NCBI GenBank assembly: GCA_964584775.1
Contig: CAZPBC010000003.1
Coordinates: 14,015 to 78,014 of the forward strand
DNA from: an uncultured bacterium
Lineage (GTDB): Bacteria; Chlamydiota; Chlamydiia; Chlamydiales; SLFE01
Direction: 5' to 3'
Length of the DNA stretch: 64,000 bases
Positions within the stretch are counted from its first letter, which is position 1; the number at the start of each line of letters is the position of its first letter. The position numbers were made by a program, and so were the translations under genes. Shown here piece after piece: positions 8,941 through 17,353 of this stretch. The notes below the pieces were generated by a model. It did no database searches. It saw nothing but the letters and a program-made list of their open reading frames with translations, and was not told where the DNA came from.

Positions 8941-9103
8941 CTGGATATTTCATGAATAGTCGCAAAACTGTCACAAAATCCTTTGCGCCACCTTCGACAA
9001 ATTTCCCTTTTGGAAAGGGTGTTAGACCCTTCCCTTCAAGGGTGATTCGTCGAATTTGTCGATCATTTTGTTTCATTTTCACAACTCTTCATGAAACATC
9101 CAG
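8941..9103. repeat. Copy A of a ~165-bp palindromic intergenic repeat (MITE-like)
   Basis: Termini CTGGATATTTCATGAA ... TTCATGAAACATCCAG are inverted repeats (15/16). The arms are imperfectly complementary around a central CCCTTTTGGAAAGGG hairpin. A homologous copy lies at 20957-21120. Confidence 0.75.
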
Positions 9104-9183
9104 GACAGCTATAAAAATTCCAGGAACGTTATTATGTATTAAGCTATAGTCTGATCCATATCATCTCTAGAGTAATATATACA

Positions 9184-10731
9184 ATGAATAGAAACGAAAC
9201 CCTCTTCCGCACCCTCCTAGCTCTCCTCATCCTCAAGTTTCTGATCGTTCTTTTCTTTTTGATTACCAGTGGGATAGGCCTTTCTCCCGACGAAGCACAG
9301 TACTGGGCTTGGAGTCAGGATCTCAGCTTCGGCTACTACAGCAAACCTCCTGGCATCGCCTGGGTGATTGCCTTTTTCACCGCGCTTTTTGGAAACCAGA
9401 TGGTGGCTGTCCGTCTCGGCGCGAGTTTGATTTCCGCACTCCTTGCCTTAGTCACCTACTTTTACAGTAGAAAGCTCTCTCTCTCAGAGGCTTCTGCTTT
9501 TTTTGCAGCGGCCCTGGTTGCCTTTTCTCCTCTCGGTTGGTTGGCTTCAGTCTATATGACCACCGACGGTCCGATGACGCTCTTTTGGAGTGCGGCGACT
9601 TTTTCGCTGCTGGTCTCTCTCCATCGAGAGGAGGAGATCCGCCCCCTTCAGCTCGGGCTCTTTGTGGGGCTCGGTGCTCTATTCAAATGGACCTGCTTCC
9701 TCTTCTGGCCGGTGGCGGGGATTTACCTGCTCCTCCGGCGCAAACTTTCTTGGCTGCCTTTTCTTAAAGCGGGGGGGATCTCTCTCTTCGCTCTCCTTTT
9801 TCCATTGATATGGAATGTAGAGAACGACTTTGTGACATTCCGCCATGTGTTAGGACAGGTTCTCGGCAGCCCGGGTGCGATCCAAGGGGCTCCACGTGCT
9901 CCAGCCAACCCCCTTGACTTTTTTGCTGCGCAGATGGCTCTTGCTTCTCCTTTGATCTTTGTCTTTTTTCTTGCGGGGGTCTGTTGGGGTGCGGTCCGCT
10001 GGCCTAAGCTAGCAGAACGAGAAAAGGGTCTCCTCTTTTTTTCTGGGGGGGTGCTTCTCTTTTACCAAATCTTCAGCTGTTTTCAAAAGATCCAAGGAAA
10101 CTGGGCCGTCTTTGTTTTCCCGACTCTCTTTGTTTTTGTCGCACTCTTCACCTTTGATCTTTTCCACCGCCTCCGTAAGTGGGCGGTCTTTGGACTCTGT
10201 TTAGGTTTGGTAGAAGTCTTTCTGCTCTTTTCGATTCCCTACATCCAATCCAGCGGATGGAAAGAGATCCGCATTCCTTTCCGTTGGAACCGATTCCGCG
10301 AAACGATGGGAGTGGCAGAGCTCGGACCGCTTCTTGAAAAGGCAGGCTTTGATCCAGAAAAACAGTTCCTTCTTTCCGACACCTATCAGATGAGTTCGCT
10401 TCTCAGTTTTTATAATCCCTCTCAAGTGCGCGCCCTATTTATCAACTTGTATGGCCGCCGTCAAAACCAATTCGATTTTTGGCCCGGTCTGAAAGAGGAG
10501 CCAAAAAAAGAGGGACTCTTCCTGACCCTCGAAGAACTCCCTAAAACAGGGAGTCAAATGAAAGCCCTACAAGCAGACCTGACACTCAAACTCTCCCTCT
10601 ATTTCGACGAGGTAGAGTGGGTGGAGCTCGTTCCCTTATACGAAAGTCAAGGGGAGCCTGCCCGCGCCGCCACGCTCTTCAAGGTGAGCGGCTTTAAAGG
10701 AAAACTTCCTGCAACCACGCATCAATACTAA
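9184..10731 (+). CDS. ArnT/PMT-type (GT39/GT83-like) polytopic glycosyltransferase
   Basis: N-terminal motif GLSPDEAQYWAWSQDLSFGYYSKPPGIAW is typical of the dolichyl/undecaprenyl-phosphate-sugar dependent transferase family. There are more than 10 hydrophobic helices and a soluble C-terminal domain. Confidence 0.8.
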   Translation: MNRNETLFRTLLALLILKFLIVLFFLITSGIGLSPDEAQYWAWSQDLSFGYYSKPPGIAWVIAFFTALFGNQMVAVRLGASLISALLALVTYFYSRKLSLSEASAFFAAALVAFSPLGWLASVYMTTDGPMTLFWSAATFSLLVSLHREEEIRPLQLGLFVGLGALFKWTCFLFWPVAGIYLLLRRKLSWLPFLKAGGISLFALLFPLIWNVENDFVTFRHVLGQVLGSPGAIQGAPRAPANPLDFFAAQMALASPLIFVFFLAGVCWGAVRWPKLAEREKGLLFFSGGVLLFYQIFSCFQKIQGNWAVFVFPTLFVFVALFTFDLFHRLRKWAVFGLCLGLVEVFLLFSIPYIQSSGWKEIRIPFRWNRFRETMGVAELGPLLEKAGFDPEKQFLLSDTYQMSSLLSFYNPSQVRALFINLYGRRQNQFDFWPGLKEEPKKEGLFLTLEELPKTGSQMKALQADLTLKLSLYFDEVEWVELVPLYESQGEPARAATLFKVSGFKGKLPATTHQY

Positions 10732-10791
10732 ACATTTTATTCGCACTTTCGATAAGATCAAATCTTTGATACGTAAGAGGAGATCGAAGTT

Positions 10792-13700
10792 ATGGAAAGG
10801 CTATTAGGAGCTTTTGGTTATGCACCTGTTGACCACACTCCACAACCAAAACAGGTCTGGAAGAAAAAACTGGAAGAGATGCTTGGTTCAGAAGTTGCTG
10901 AGAGGTGTGATGAGGCTCTACCTGAACTGAAACACTATTTCACTGATGAGAATTGGCTGGAGTTTCTTCAAGAGCTTGGAATCTATGTGGGTAATGCAAG
11001 GCTGAGGAGAGAAGAGAATTACCAGTTGCTCCAGACAGGGGGTGAGTCGCAGATGGACCGCACGGTCAGGCAAACCTGTGAAACACTGAGAACTGACTTT
11101 CAGATCAAAGTGAGTCAGCTTGCAATCAACGGAGTGTGGCCCGATGAAGCGAGAAGGCTACTTGGAACCATCCTCTGGACGGTAGAGTTTTTAACCAATC
11201 CCTTTGCTCCATCACAGCTTCTATCCGATCTTGTATTCAACATTCTTCCTATTGAGGGGCGAGTCAGTCATTTAGCCGAACGAACAGGTGAGTACCTTGA
11301 GAGTCATGATGTCGAGCAAAACGTTATCTTTGGTTCTGCTCGTTTTCAAAGGTATGGCGAAGTGTACGTTTCTACAGAGTGGGTAAAAATGGGACTTGAT
11401 GAATTGAAAAACCCACAGCCTTTGAATTCGGCCTTGAGGATGACCTTTTACGTTCCTGGTCTTGACTGTCTCACCTTTACCCTTCCCTTTTCCATTCCCG
11501 AGTTGAATGTGCACTGGACGTTCTCTGCTGAGGAGTTTCTTCAGCTGTTTCACTGGTACTTACGTTCTACAGAGGAAGAGCAAGAAAAGTATTTAGAGGA
11601 TCATCGAGGAGAGCTTCGAAAGGTGGTCACAGGACACGCCGATCTCTTAGCGTCGCTCACCAAATTCTACCATGCGTTTGACCAAGTCGTAGGAGAGGAT
11701 TTTCATCGTCAATTGAGAGAGTGTGGGGCTCAGTGGGACCCTGACGGTTGCCAAGAGCTTTCCAGGCAACTGTCAGAGTTTGCGGGAGAGTGGGGTGAAA
11801 AAAGGTTTAACCCAGGACTCGGGATGGGTCTAGCCGTCTACTCAAGTCTTATTCAAGAAGTGGGTGTCGACTCGGACCTAAAGTATGGCGCTGAATCGTG
11901 CCAGGTGAACTTGCGTCAACTTCAGGGTGTTGTTGATCTCTCTTCTGTAAGGGGAAGGGTCGGCTCCTCTGTTGAGCAGGAGGTGAATGATGGTCTCCGC
12001 GCGATGGAAGAGTACGCCAGGAAGGACCTTGCAACGTTGGAGGAATTTGAGGAGCTTCGATTGAAGTTGAAGGGGGTCGAAGCGTTAAAAGGTGAACTGG
12101 AGATCTTGGAAAAGTCGCATGAGTTGAGAAAGGCTCTTTGGGTGCACTATCAAAAGCTCTCACCTGAAGTGAAAGCAGCGCGTGCGGCACTGGAGGCTTT
12201 TTCTCGGAAAGAGCGTGTCGATCGAAGTGATGTACAGGCTTTACGCAAAGCTCTAGAACCGGTGAAAGAGATGGCGGGCTTCCAGGACGTCTACGCTACA
12301 CTGGCTAACTTTGAAGAGGGCTTTGATCGCGAGAAAGAGGCGGTGGCAGAGGGTTTTGGCAAATTCTTGAACCACACGGTTTCGATCTTTGAAGAGGGCA
12401 CGGAGCAGCTCGCAAAACCGAAAGTCGCTGCATTTTTACAGAAAGACAACGTGAATCAAGCCGATGTGCAAGGGGTTTTGGTTTCTCTTGAGCCCTATAA
12501 AGCGCAACCGGGTTTCCAAGAGGTATACGAAGCCCTTGAGGCATTTAAAGCAGCGCGCTTCAAAAGCGGTGTTGATCAAGTAATAAATGATTTTAAAGTC
12601 TTTTTTGAGGGAAGGTTCAATGCTTTGAAAAAAATAGGAGAAGTCGAATTTGAAAACTTCCTTCAAGAATTTTGCGTGGTTCCCTACCGGTATGTTGCAC
12701 CGATGCGTGCTCTCTTGGAACCTCTAGCCGGTTCAGCAGAAGCGGTCGCTGCTTTAGATGCTTACACGGGCAGGTTGAAGCAGAGTGAAGCGCTTGTTAA
12801 GCAAGTGGAAAAAGCGATGGCGGAATTTAAGGAGGAGGTCAAGGTCCGATTCCGCCGTTTTTCTCCTCTTCTCGGTCGGATAGGAGCGACAGAGCGCGAT
12901 ACAATGTTGACGAATTTGGAGCCCTACTTGCCTCTGATCCGACGGATCGGTGCGCTCGGTGAACTTTCTCATCAACTTACCCATGAGGAGTACCACAATT
13001 TGATGGTGGCTCTCGAGAACCCCGACAACGAAAAGTATATAGAGTGGGTTGTGAAAGGGTGTGAAGAGGTGCAAGCGCAACGAGTCGGTGGTGAGACGGC
13101 TTCTTCTGAAGTGTGGCTTCAGCCGCTGCGTACCCTCTTCAGCGCTGCAACGCTGCCTCCTCTAGATATTGTGAAGCATTTTATGGGGATTGCAGATCTC
13201 GATGATTACAACTACGCCATGTTGACCTACCTCTTGCCTCTTCTCTATAAATTAGAGACTTTTGGACTGACAGACCACGATTTTACCCAAAGTGATCCTC
13301 TCTATCGGGGACTGACTGTGGACAGCGATGGGTTCACCGTTCAGTTTAAAAGAGCTCTTGAATGGATCGTGAAAGCGTGCCAGGCCTTGAACACACGCTT
13401 TGATGGAGCGTTCAAGCGAGACTTCGACGAAGTGGTTCGGTTACTCAAACCCGTCGAAACGACAGATGCTGTGTATAAAACGCAAGTATCGAGGAAGGCC
13501 AGAGAGGTCCTTGTTCTTGTTGCGAAGATTGCCGACTTAGGGATGTATGGAACAGAGGATCATGCGAAAATCTTCAGTGGAGTGGTGAGGGATCAAATCC
13601 GCCCAGAGCTTGAAAAAGCGGTGAGAATTTGTGAGTGCTTAAGAGAGCTCCATTTGGATCAAGAAGGACAACCTCATTATCTTCTTAAACCCGATAGAGA

Positions 13701-13944
13701 GGTCTATGAGCCCTGGCAAAAGCCTTTGGTTGACTTGATCCGTCGCGTCAAAGAGCTTGAACACGGTGAACCTTTAGGGAATGTCGTAGAGGCTCCTCCT
13801 GGCGCGTCTGTCCATCTAGAAGATGGCAGGCCGGCGATTCAGATGGGGGATGCCCCTTCCGAAATGGGCAGTGTGGCGGATCCCGATGTGTATGATAATT
13901 CTAACCCTTTTGTGTCTGATCCTGCCGATGACCCAGCTCGGTAA
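10792..13944 (+). CDS. Large orphan protein, paralog 1 of a tandem pair (candidate secreted effector)
   Basis: 1050-aa uninterrupted ORF with GAGGAG about 8 nt upstream of the ATG. It is collinear with the ORF at 14141-17353. Acidic, proline-containing C-terminal tail. No domain recognised. Confidence 0.8.
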   Translation: MERLLGAFGYAPVDHTPQPKQVWKKKLEEMLGSEVAERCDEALPELKHYFTDENWLEFLQELGIYVGNARLRREENYQLLQTGGESQMDRTVRQTCETLRTDFQIKVSQLAINGVWPDEARRLLGTILWTVEFLTNPFAPSQLLSDLVFNILPIEGRVSHLAERTGEYLESHDVEQNVIFGSARFQRYGEVYVSTEWVKMGLDELKNPQPLNSALRMTFYVPGLDCLTFTLPFSIPELNVHWTFSAEEFLQLFHWYLRSTEEEQEKYLEDHRGELRKVVTGHADLLASLTKFYHAFDQVVGEDFHRQLRECGAQWDPDGCQELSRQLSEFAGEWGEKRFNPGLGMGLAVYSSLIQEVGVDSDLKYGAESCQVNLRQLQGVVDLSSVRGRVGSSVEQEVNDGLRAMEEYARKDLATLEEFEELRLKLKGVEALKGELEILEKSHELRKALWVHYQKLSPEVKAARAALEAFSRKERVDRSDVQALRKALEPVKEMAGFQDVYATLANFEEGFDREKEAVAEGFGKFLNHTVSIFEEGTEQLAKPKVAAFLQKDNVNQADVQGVLVSLEPYKAQPGFQEVYEALEAFKAARFKSGVDQVINDFKVFFEGRFNALKKIGEVEFENFLQEFCVVPYRYVAPMRALLEPLAGSAEAVAALDAYTGRLKQSEALVKQVEKAMAEFKEEVKVRFRRFSPLLGRIGATERDTMLTNLEPYLPLIRRIGALGELSHQLTHEEYHNLMVALENPDNEKYIEWVVKGCEEVQAQRVGGETASSEVWLQPLRTLFSAATLPPLDIVKHFMGIADLDDYNYAMLTYLLPLLYKLETFGLTDHDFTQSDPLYRGLTVDSDGFTVQFKRALEWIVKACQALNTRFDGAFKRDFDEVVRLLKPVETTDAVYKTQVSRKAREVLVLVAKIADLGMYGTEDHAKIFSGVVRDQIRPELEKAVRICECLRELHLDQEGQPHYLLKPDREVYEPWQKPLVDLIRRVKELEHGEPLGNVVEAPPGASVHLEDGRPAIQMGDAPSEMGSVADPDVYDNSNPFVSDPADDPAR

Positions 13945-14046
13945 ACGGCGCTTTCATATTCGCGTATTTACCGTACACGAAATCGCAGAGGTTGTGGGAA
14001 AAGTCCTACAATCTCTGGGTTTTTTTCTCGATCGGGTAGTCTGGTG
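13919..14046 (-). pseudogene. Relic of the 3' end of the 2-hydroxyacid-dehydrogenase-like gene, carried along by the tandem duplication
   Basis: The reverse complement reads DYPIEKKTQRL*DFSHNLCDFVYGKYANMKAPFTEL. The intact gene at 17328-17460 reads GYPIEKNHQSFQDFLYNLRQFLHGNYADMKSLFTQL. In-frame TAG at 14006-14008 (minus strand). No upstream remainder of the gene is present. Confidence 0.7.
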
Positions 14047-14080
14047 AAGGAAAACTGCTTGCGACCAGCCATCACTACTA
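14047..14080 (+). pseudogene. Relic of the last ~30 nt plus stop of the glycosyltransferase gene, marking the start of duplication unit 2
   Basis: AAGGAAAACTGCTTGCGACCAGCCATCACTACTAA aligns with AAGGAAAACTTCCTGCAACCACGCATCAATACTAA at 10697-10731. Both are followed by the same ACATTTTATTC...TAAGAT upstream region. Confidence 0.65.
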
Positions 14081-14140
14081 AACATTTTATTCCCACATTC
14101 GCTAAGATGCAACCTTTCAGTTAAAGAGGAGGGTGAAGTT

Positions 14141-17100
14141 ATGTTAAGTGGGGTATTTGGATATCTAGGGTACGAACGTGTTGACAGCACTTTAAAACCA
14201 AAACAAGTTTGGCAACAAACACTGGAAGAGCATCTAGCCGACGAGGTTGCTACCAGGCTTGGTGGTGCTTTACCTGGGCTTAAAGAATATTTTACTGATG
14301 CGAATTGGCCGGAGTTTATTCAGTCTCTTGGAATCTATGTGTCTAATGCAATGATGAGGAGAGAAGAGAACTACCTGCTGCTCCAGACTGGCGGTGAGTC
14401 GCAGATGGGTCGCACGGTTAGGCAGATCTGTGAAAGAGTGAGGTCTGAGTTTCAGTTGAAAGTAAGTCAACTTGCAAAGGATGGAGTGTGGCCCGATGAG
14501 GCGAGCAAGCTACTTGGAACCATCCTGTCGACGGTCGAGTTTTTAACCAATCCCTTTGCTCCAACACAGCTTCTATCCGATCTTGTATTCAACATTCTTC
14601 CGACTAAGGGGCGAGTCAGTCATTTAGCGAAACGAACAGGATCATACTTTCATCCTGAGGATGAAGAGCAACAAGTCATTTTTGGTTCTGCACATTTTCA
14701 ACAGTATGGAGAGGTGTATGTTTCTACTGAGTGGGTAGAAATGGAGATTCTAAAAACGGTTGATCCGCAGCCTTTAGAATCCGCTTTGAGGATGACTTTT
14801 TACCTTCCTGGTGTGGATTGCCTGACTTTTACGCTTTCTTTTTCCCTTCCTGATTTGGATGTACGGAGGGAGGCCTCTTCCAGCAAGTTTCTTAAGCTGT
14901 TTCACTCTTACTTATCTGCTTCGGAAGAGGAGGAAGAAACGTATTTAAAGAAGCACCGTGGAGAGCTTCGAAAGGTAGTCAGAGGACACGCTGATCTGAT
15001 AGAGGCGTTGACCAAATTTTACCATCCGCTTGAAATTATGATAGGGGGAGATTTTCGCCGTCAGATGGCGAAATGCGATGCTCAGTGGGATCCTTACGAC
15101 TGGAAAGAATTAAAGGATCTGCTGTTATTGTTTGGCAGGGAGTGGGGCCAAAAAAGGTTTAATATGGAATTGGGACTGAGTCTAGAAGTCTACTCAGAAT
15201 TTTTTCGACTAGAAGCTCTCCACCCTGAAGAAGCAGTAGGCGCTGAACCGGAAGTGAAGTATGATCCTAAAGCGTGCCTGCTGTTCTTGCATCGTCTTCA
15301 GAATGTTGTGGATCTCTCTTCTGTAAGGAAAAGAGAAGAGGAGAGGGTTGTCGACTCCTCTATTTCAGAGGAGGTGACTCAAGGTCTCCTTGCGATTGAA
15401 GAGTATGCAGGAAAGGAGCTCGCGACCTTGGAGGAATTTGAGGAGCTTCGATCTCAATTGGCGGAGGTCGAAGAGTTACAAGATGAACTGGAGATCTTGG
15501 ATAAGTCGCATGAGTTGAGAAAGGCACTGTGGAAACACTATCAAAAACTCTCAAATGAAGTGAAGGTTGCAAGTGCGGCGTTGCAGGCCTTTTCTCGGAA
15601 AGAGACGATCTACCGATTGGATATCAAATCCTTTCGAGAGGCTCTAGAGCCGGTGAAACAAATGGTGGGCTTCGATGAAGTCTACGCAACACTTGCCACC
15701 CTTGAAGAAGGCTTTGCCGAAGAAGAGGCCGTAGAAGAGGGCTGTGCCGACGAAGAGGCGGTGGCAAAGGCTTTAAGCAAATTCTTGAGCCACCCCTTTG
15801 AAGAGGGCTCGGAGCAGCTTGCAAAGCCGCAAGTTGACGAATTTTTAAAGAAGGAAAATGTGAATCAAGCGGATGTGCAATGCGTTTTGGACGCTCTTGA
15901 GCCCTATAAAGAGAAAGCGGAATTTAAAGAGGTGCACAGAGCCCTCAAGGCTTTTCATGCAGAGCGTTTCACGGAAGGAGTAGAATTCGTAGAAAATGAC
16001 TTTAAGGCATTTTTTAAGGAACAATATGGTGATGTGGAAAAAATAGGAGGGGTAGCAGTTGAGAACTTCCTTGAAGAGTTTTGCATCGACTCATACCAGT
16101 ATCTTGCATCGATGCGTGCTCTCTTGGAACCTCTAACTGGCTCCGAAGAGGCAGTGGCTGCTTTAGACGCTTTCTCGGAGCGGTTGAGGCAAGGGGAAGC
16201 CCCTGTTGAGCGTGTCGAGGCAGCGATGGTCGCTTTTAAGAAAGAAGCGGTGGTCCGTTATTGCCGTTTTTCTCCTCTTCTCGGTCGGATAGGAGCTACG
16301 GAGCGCGATACGATGTTGACGAATTTGCATCCCTATCTACCTCTGATCCGACGTATTGGTGCGCTCGGTCAGCTTTCTCATGAGGAGTACCACAATTTGA
16401 TGGTCGCTCTGGAGAACCCCGACAACGGAAAGTATATCGAGTGGCTTGTGAAAGGGTGTGAAGAGGTGCAAGCGCAAAGAGTGGGTGGTGAAATGGCTTC
16501 CCCTGAAGTGTGGCTTCAGCCACTGCGTACGTTCTTCAGCTCTGCAACGCTGCCTGCACTTGATATTGTGAAGCGTTTTATGGAGATTAAAGATCTCGAT
16601 GAACACAACTACGCCATGTTGACCTACCTCTTGCCTCTTTTTTATAAACTAGAGACTTTTGGACTGACAGACTACACCCTTACTGACGAGGATCCTCTCT
16701 ATCGGGGACTGACTGGGGCCTTCACCGTTCAGTTTAAAAAAGCACTTGAATGGATCGTGAAAGCGTGTCAGGCCTTGAACAGGCGCGTTGCTGGAGGATT
16801 CAAGCGAGACTTTGACGAGGTGGTCAGGTTACTCACACCCATTCGAGAGACAGATGCTGTGCATGAAACGCAGGTATCGTTCAAAGCCACAAACGTCTTT
16901 ACTCTTGTCGCGAGGATAGCCGACTTAGGGAAGTGTAAAGCAGAGGATCACGCGAAACTCTTCAGCGCAGTTGTCAGGGATAAAATCCGCCCTGAGCTTG
17001 AAAATTTGGTGGACATTTGTGAGGGCTTAAGAAGATTCCATTTCGATCAAAAGGGAAAGCCTGACTATCTCCCTAAACCTGATGGAGAGGAGTATGAACC

Positions 17101-17353
17101 CTGGCAAAAACCTCTAGTGGATTTCATCCGCCGCACCAGAGAGCTTGAAAAAGATGCACCTTTGGACAATGAACCTCCCCCAGGTACGGCTGTAGTAATA
17201 GAGGGAGAAGAGGTGGCTTATCTTGTAGATGAACTACCTGCAGGTATGATGGGGCTACATCGAGGTTTGGATCAGGGACCTTCAGAAGGGGAGAGTTTTA
17301 CAGATTCTGAGTACCGTGATGGGGACTCTACTGGGGAGGATTCAGCTGAGTAA
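14141..17353 (+). CDS. Large orphan protein, paralog 2 of the tandem pair
   Basis: 1070-aa ORF collinear with 10792-13944. GAGGAGGG lies upstream of the ATG. The 3' end overlaps the convergent dehydrogenase-like gene by 26 nt. Confidence 0.8.
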   Translation: MLSGVFGYLGYERVDSTLKPKQVWQQTLEEHLADEVATRLGGALPGLKEYFTDANWPEFIQSLGIYVSNAMMRREENYLLLQTGGESQMGRTVRQICERVRSEFQLKVSQLAKDGVWPDEASKLLGTILSTVEFLTNPFAPTQLLSDLVFNILPTKGRVSHLAKRTGSYFHPEDEEQQVIFGSAHFQQYGEVYVSTEWVEMEILKTVDPQPLESALRMTFYLPGVDCLTFTLSFSLPDLDVRREASSSKFLKLFHSYLSASEEEEETYLKKHRGELRKVVRGHADLIEALTKFYHPLEIMIGGDFRRQMAKCDAQWDPYDWKELKDLLLLFGREWGQKRFNMELGLSLEVYSEFFRLEALHPEEAVGAEPEVKYDPKACLLFLHRLQNVVDLSSVRKREEERVVDSSISEEVTQGLLAIEEYAGKELATLEEFEELRSQLAEVEELQDELEILDKSHELRKALWKHYQKLSNEVKVASAALQAFSRKETIYRLDIKSFREALEPVKQMVGFDEVYATLATLEEGFAEEEAVEEGCADEEAVAKALSKFLSHPFEEGSEQLAKPQVDEFLKKENVNQADVQCVLDALEPYKEKAEFKEVHRALKAFHAERFTEGVEFVENDFKAFFKEQYGDVEKIGGVAVENFLEEFCIDSYQYLASMRALLEPLTGSEEAVAALDAFSERLRQGEAPVERVEAAMVAFKKEAVVRYCRFSPLLGRIGATERDTMLTNLHPYLPLIRRIGALGQLSHEEYHNLMVALENPDNGKYIEWLVKGCEEVQAQRVGGEMASPEVWLQPLRTFFSSATLPALDIVKRFMEIKDLDEHNYAMLTYLLPLFYKLETFGLTDYTLTDEDPLYRGLTGAFTVQFKKALEWIVKACQALNRRVAGGFKRDFDEVVRLLTPIRETDAVHETQVSFKATNVFTLVARIADLGKCKAEDHAKLFSAVVRDKIRPELENLVDICEGLRRFHFDQKGKPDYLPKPDGEEYEPWQKPLVDFIRRTRELEKDAPLDNEPPPGTAVVIEGEEVAYLVDELPAGMMGLHRGLDQGPSEGESFTDSEYRDGDSTGEDSAE

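Noticed and set aside
8937-9149. 70-aa ORF inside the divergent intergenic region
   Set aside because: It lies entirely within the palindromic repeat element. The equivalent frame is not conserved in copy B and there is no ribosome-binding site.
10045-10051. Homopolymers: G7 in the glycosyltransferase gene, C7 at 57913-57919 in moxR, and T8+G6 at about 24091-24106 in polA. These are possible phase-variation tracts.
   Set aside because: The tracts are short and lie in conserved or housekeeping genes that are intact here. Nothing suggests slipped-strand switching without population data.
13954-14190. 78-aa minus-strand ORF between the giant paralogs
   Set aside because: It runs through the dehydrogenase and glycosyltransferase relics and the promoter region of paralog 2, in a frame unrelated to the parental gene. 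It is an artefact of the duplication junction.
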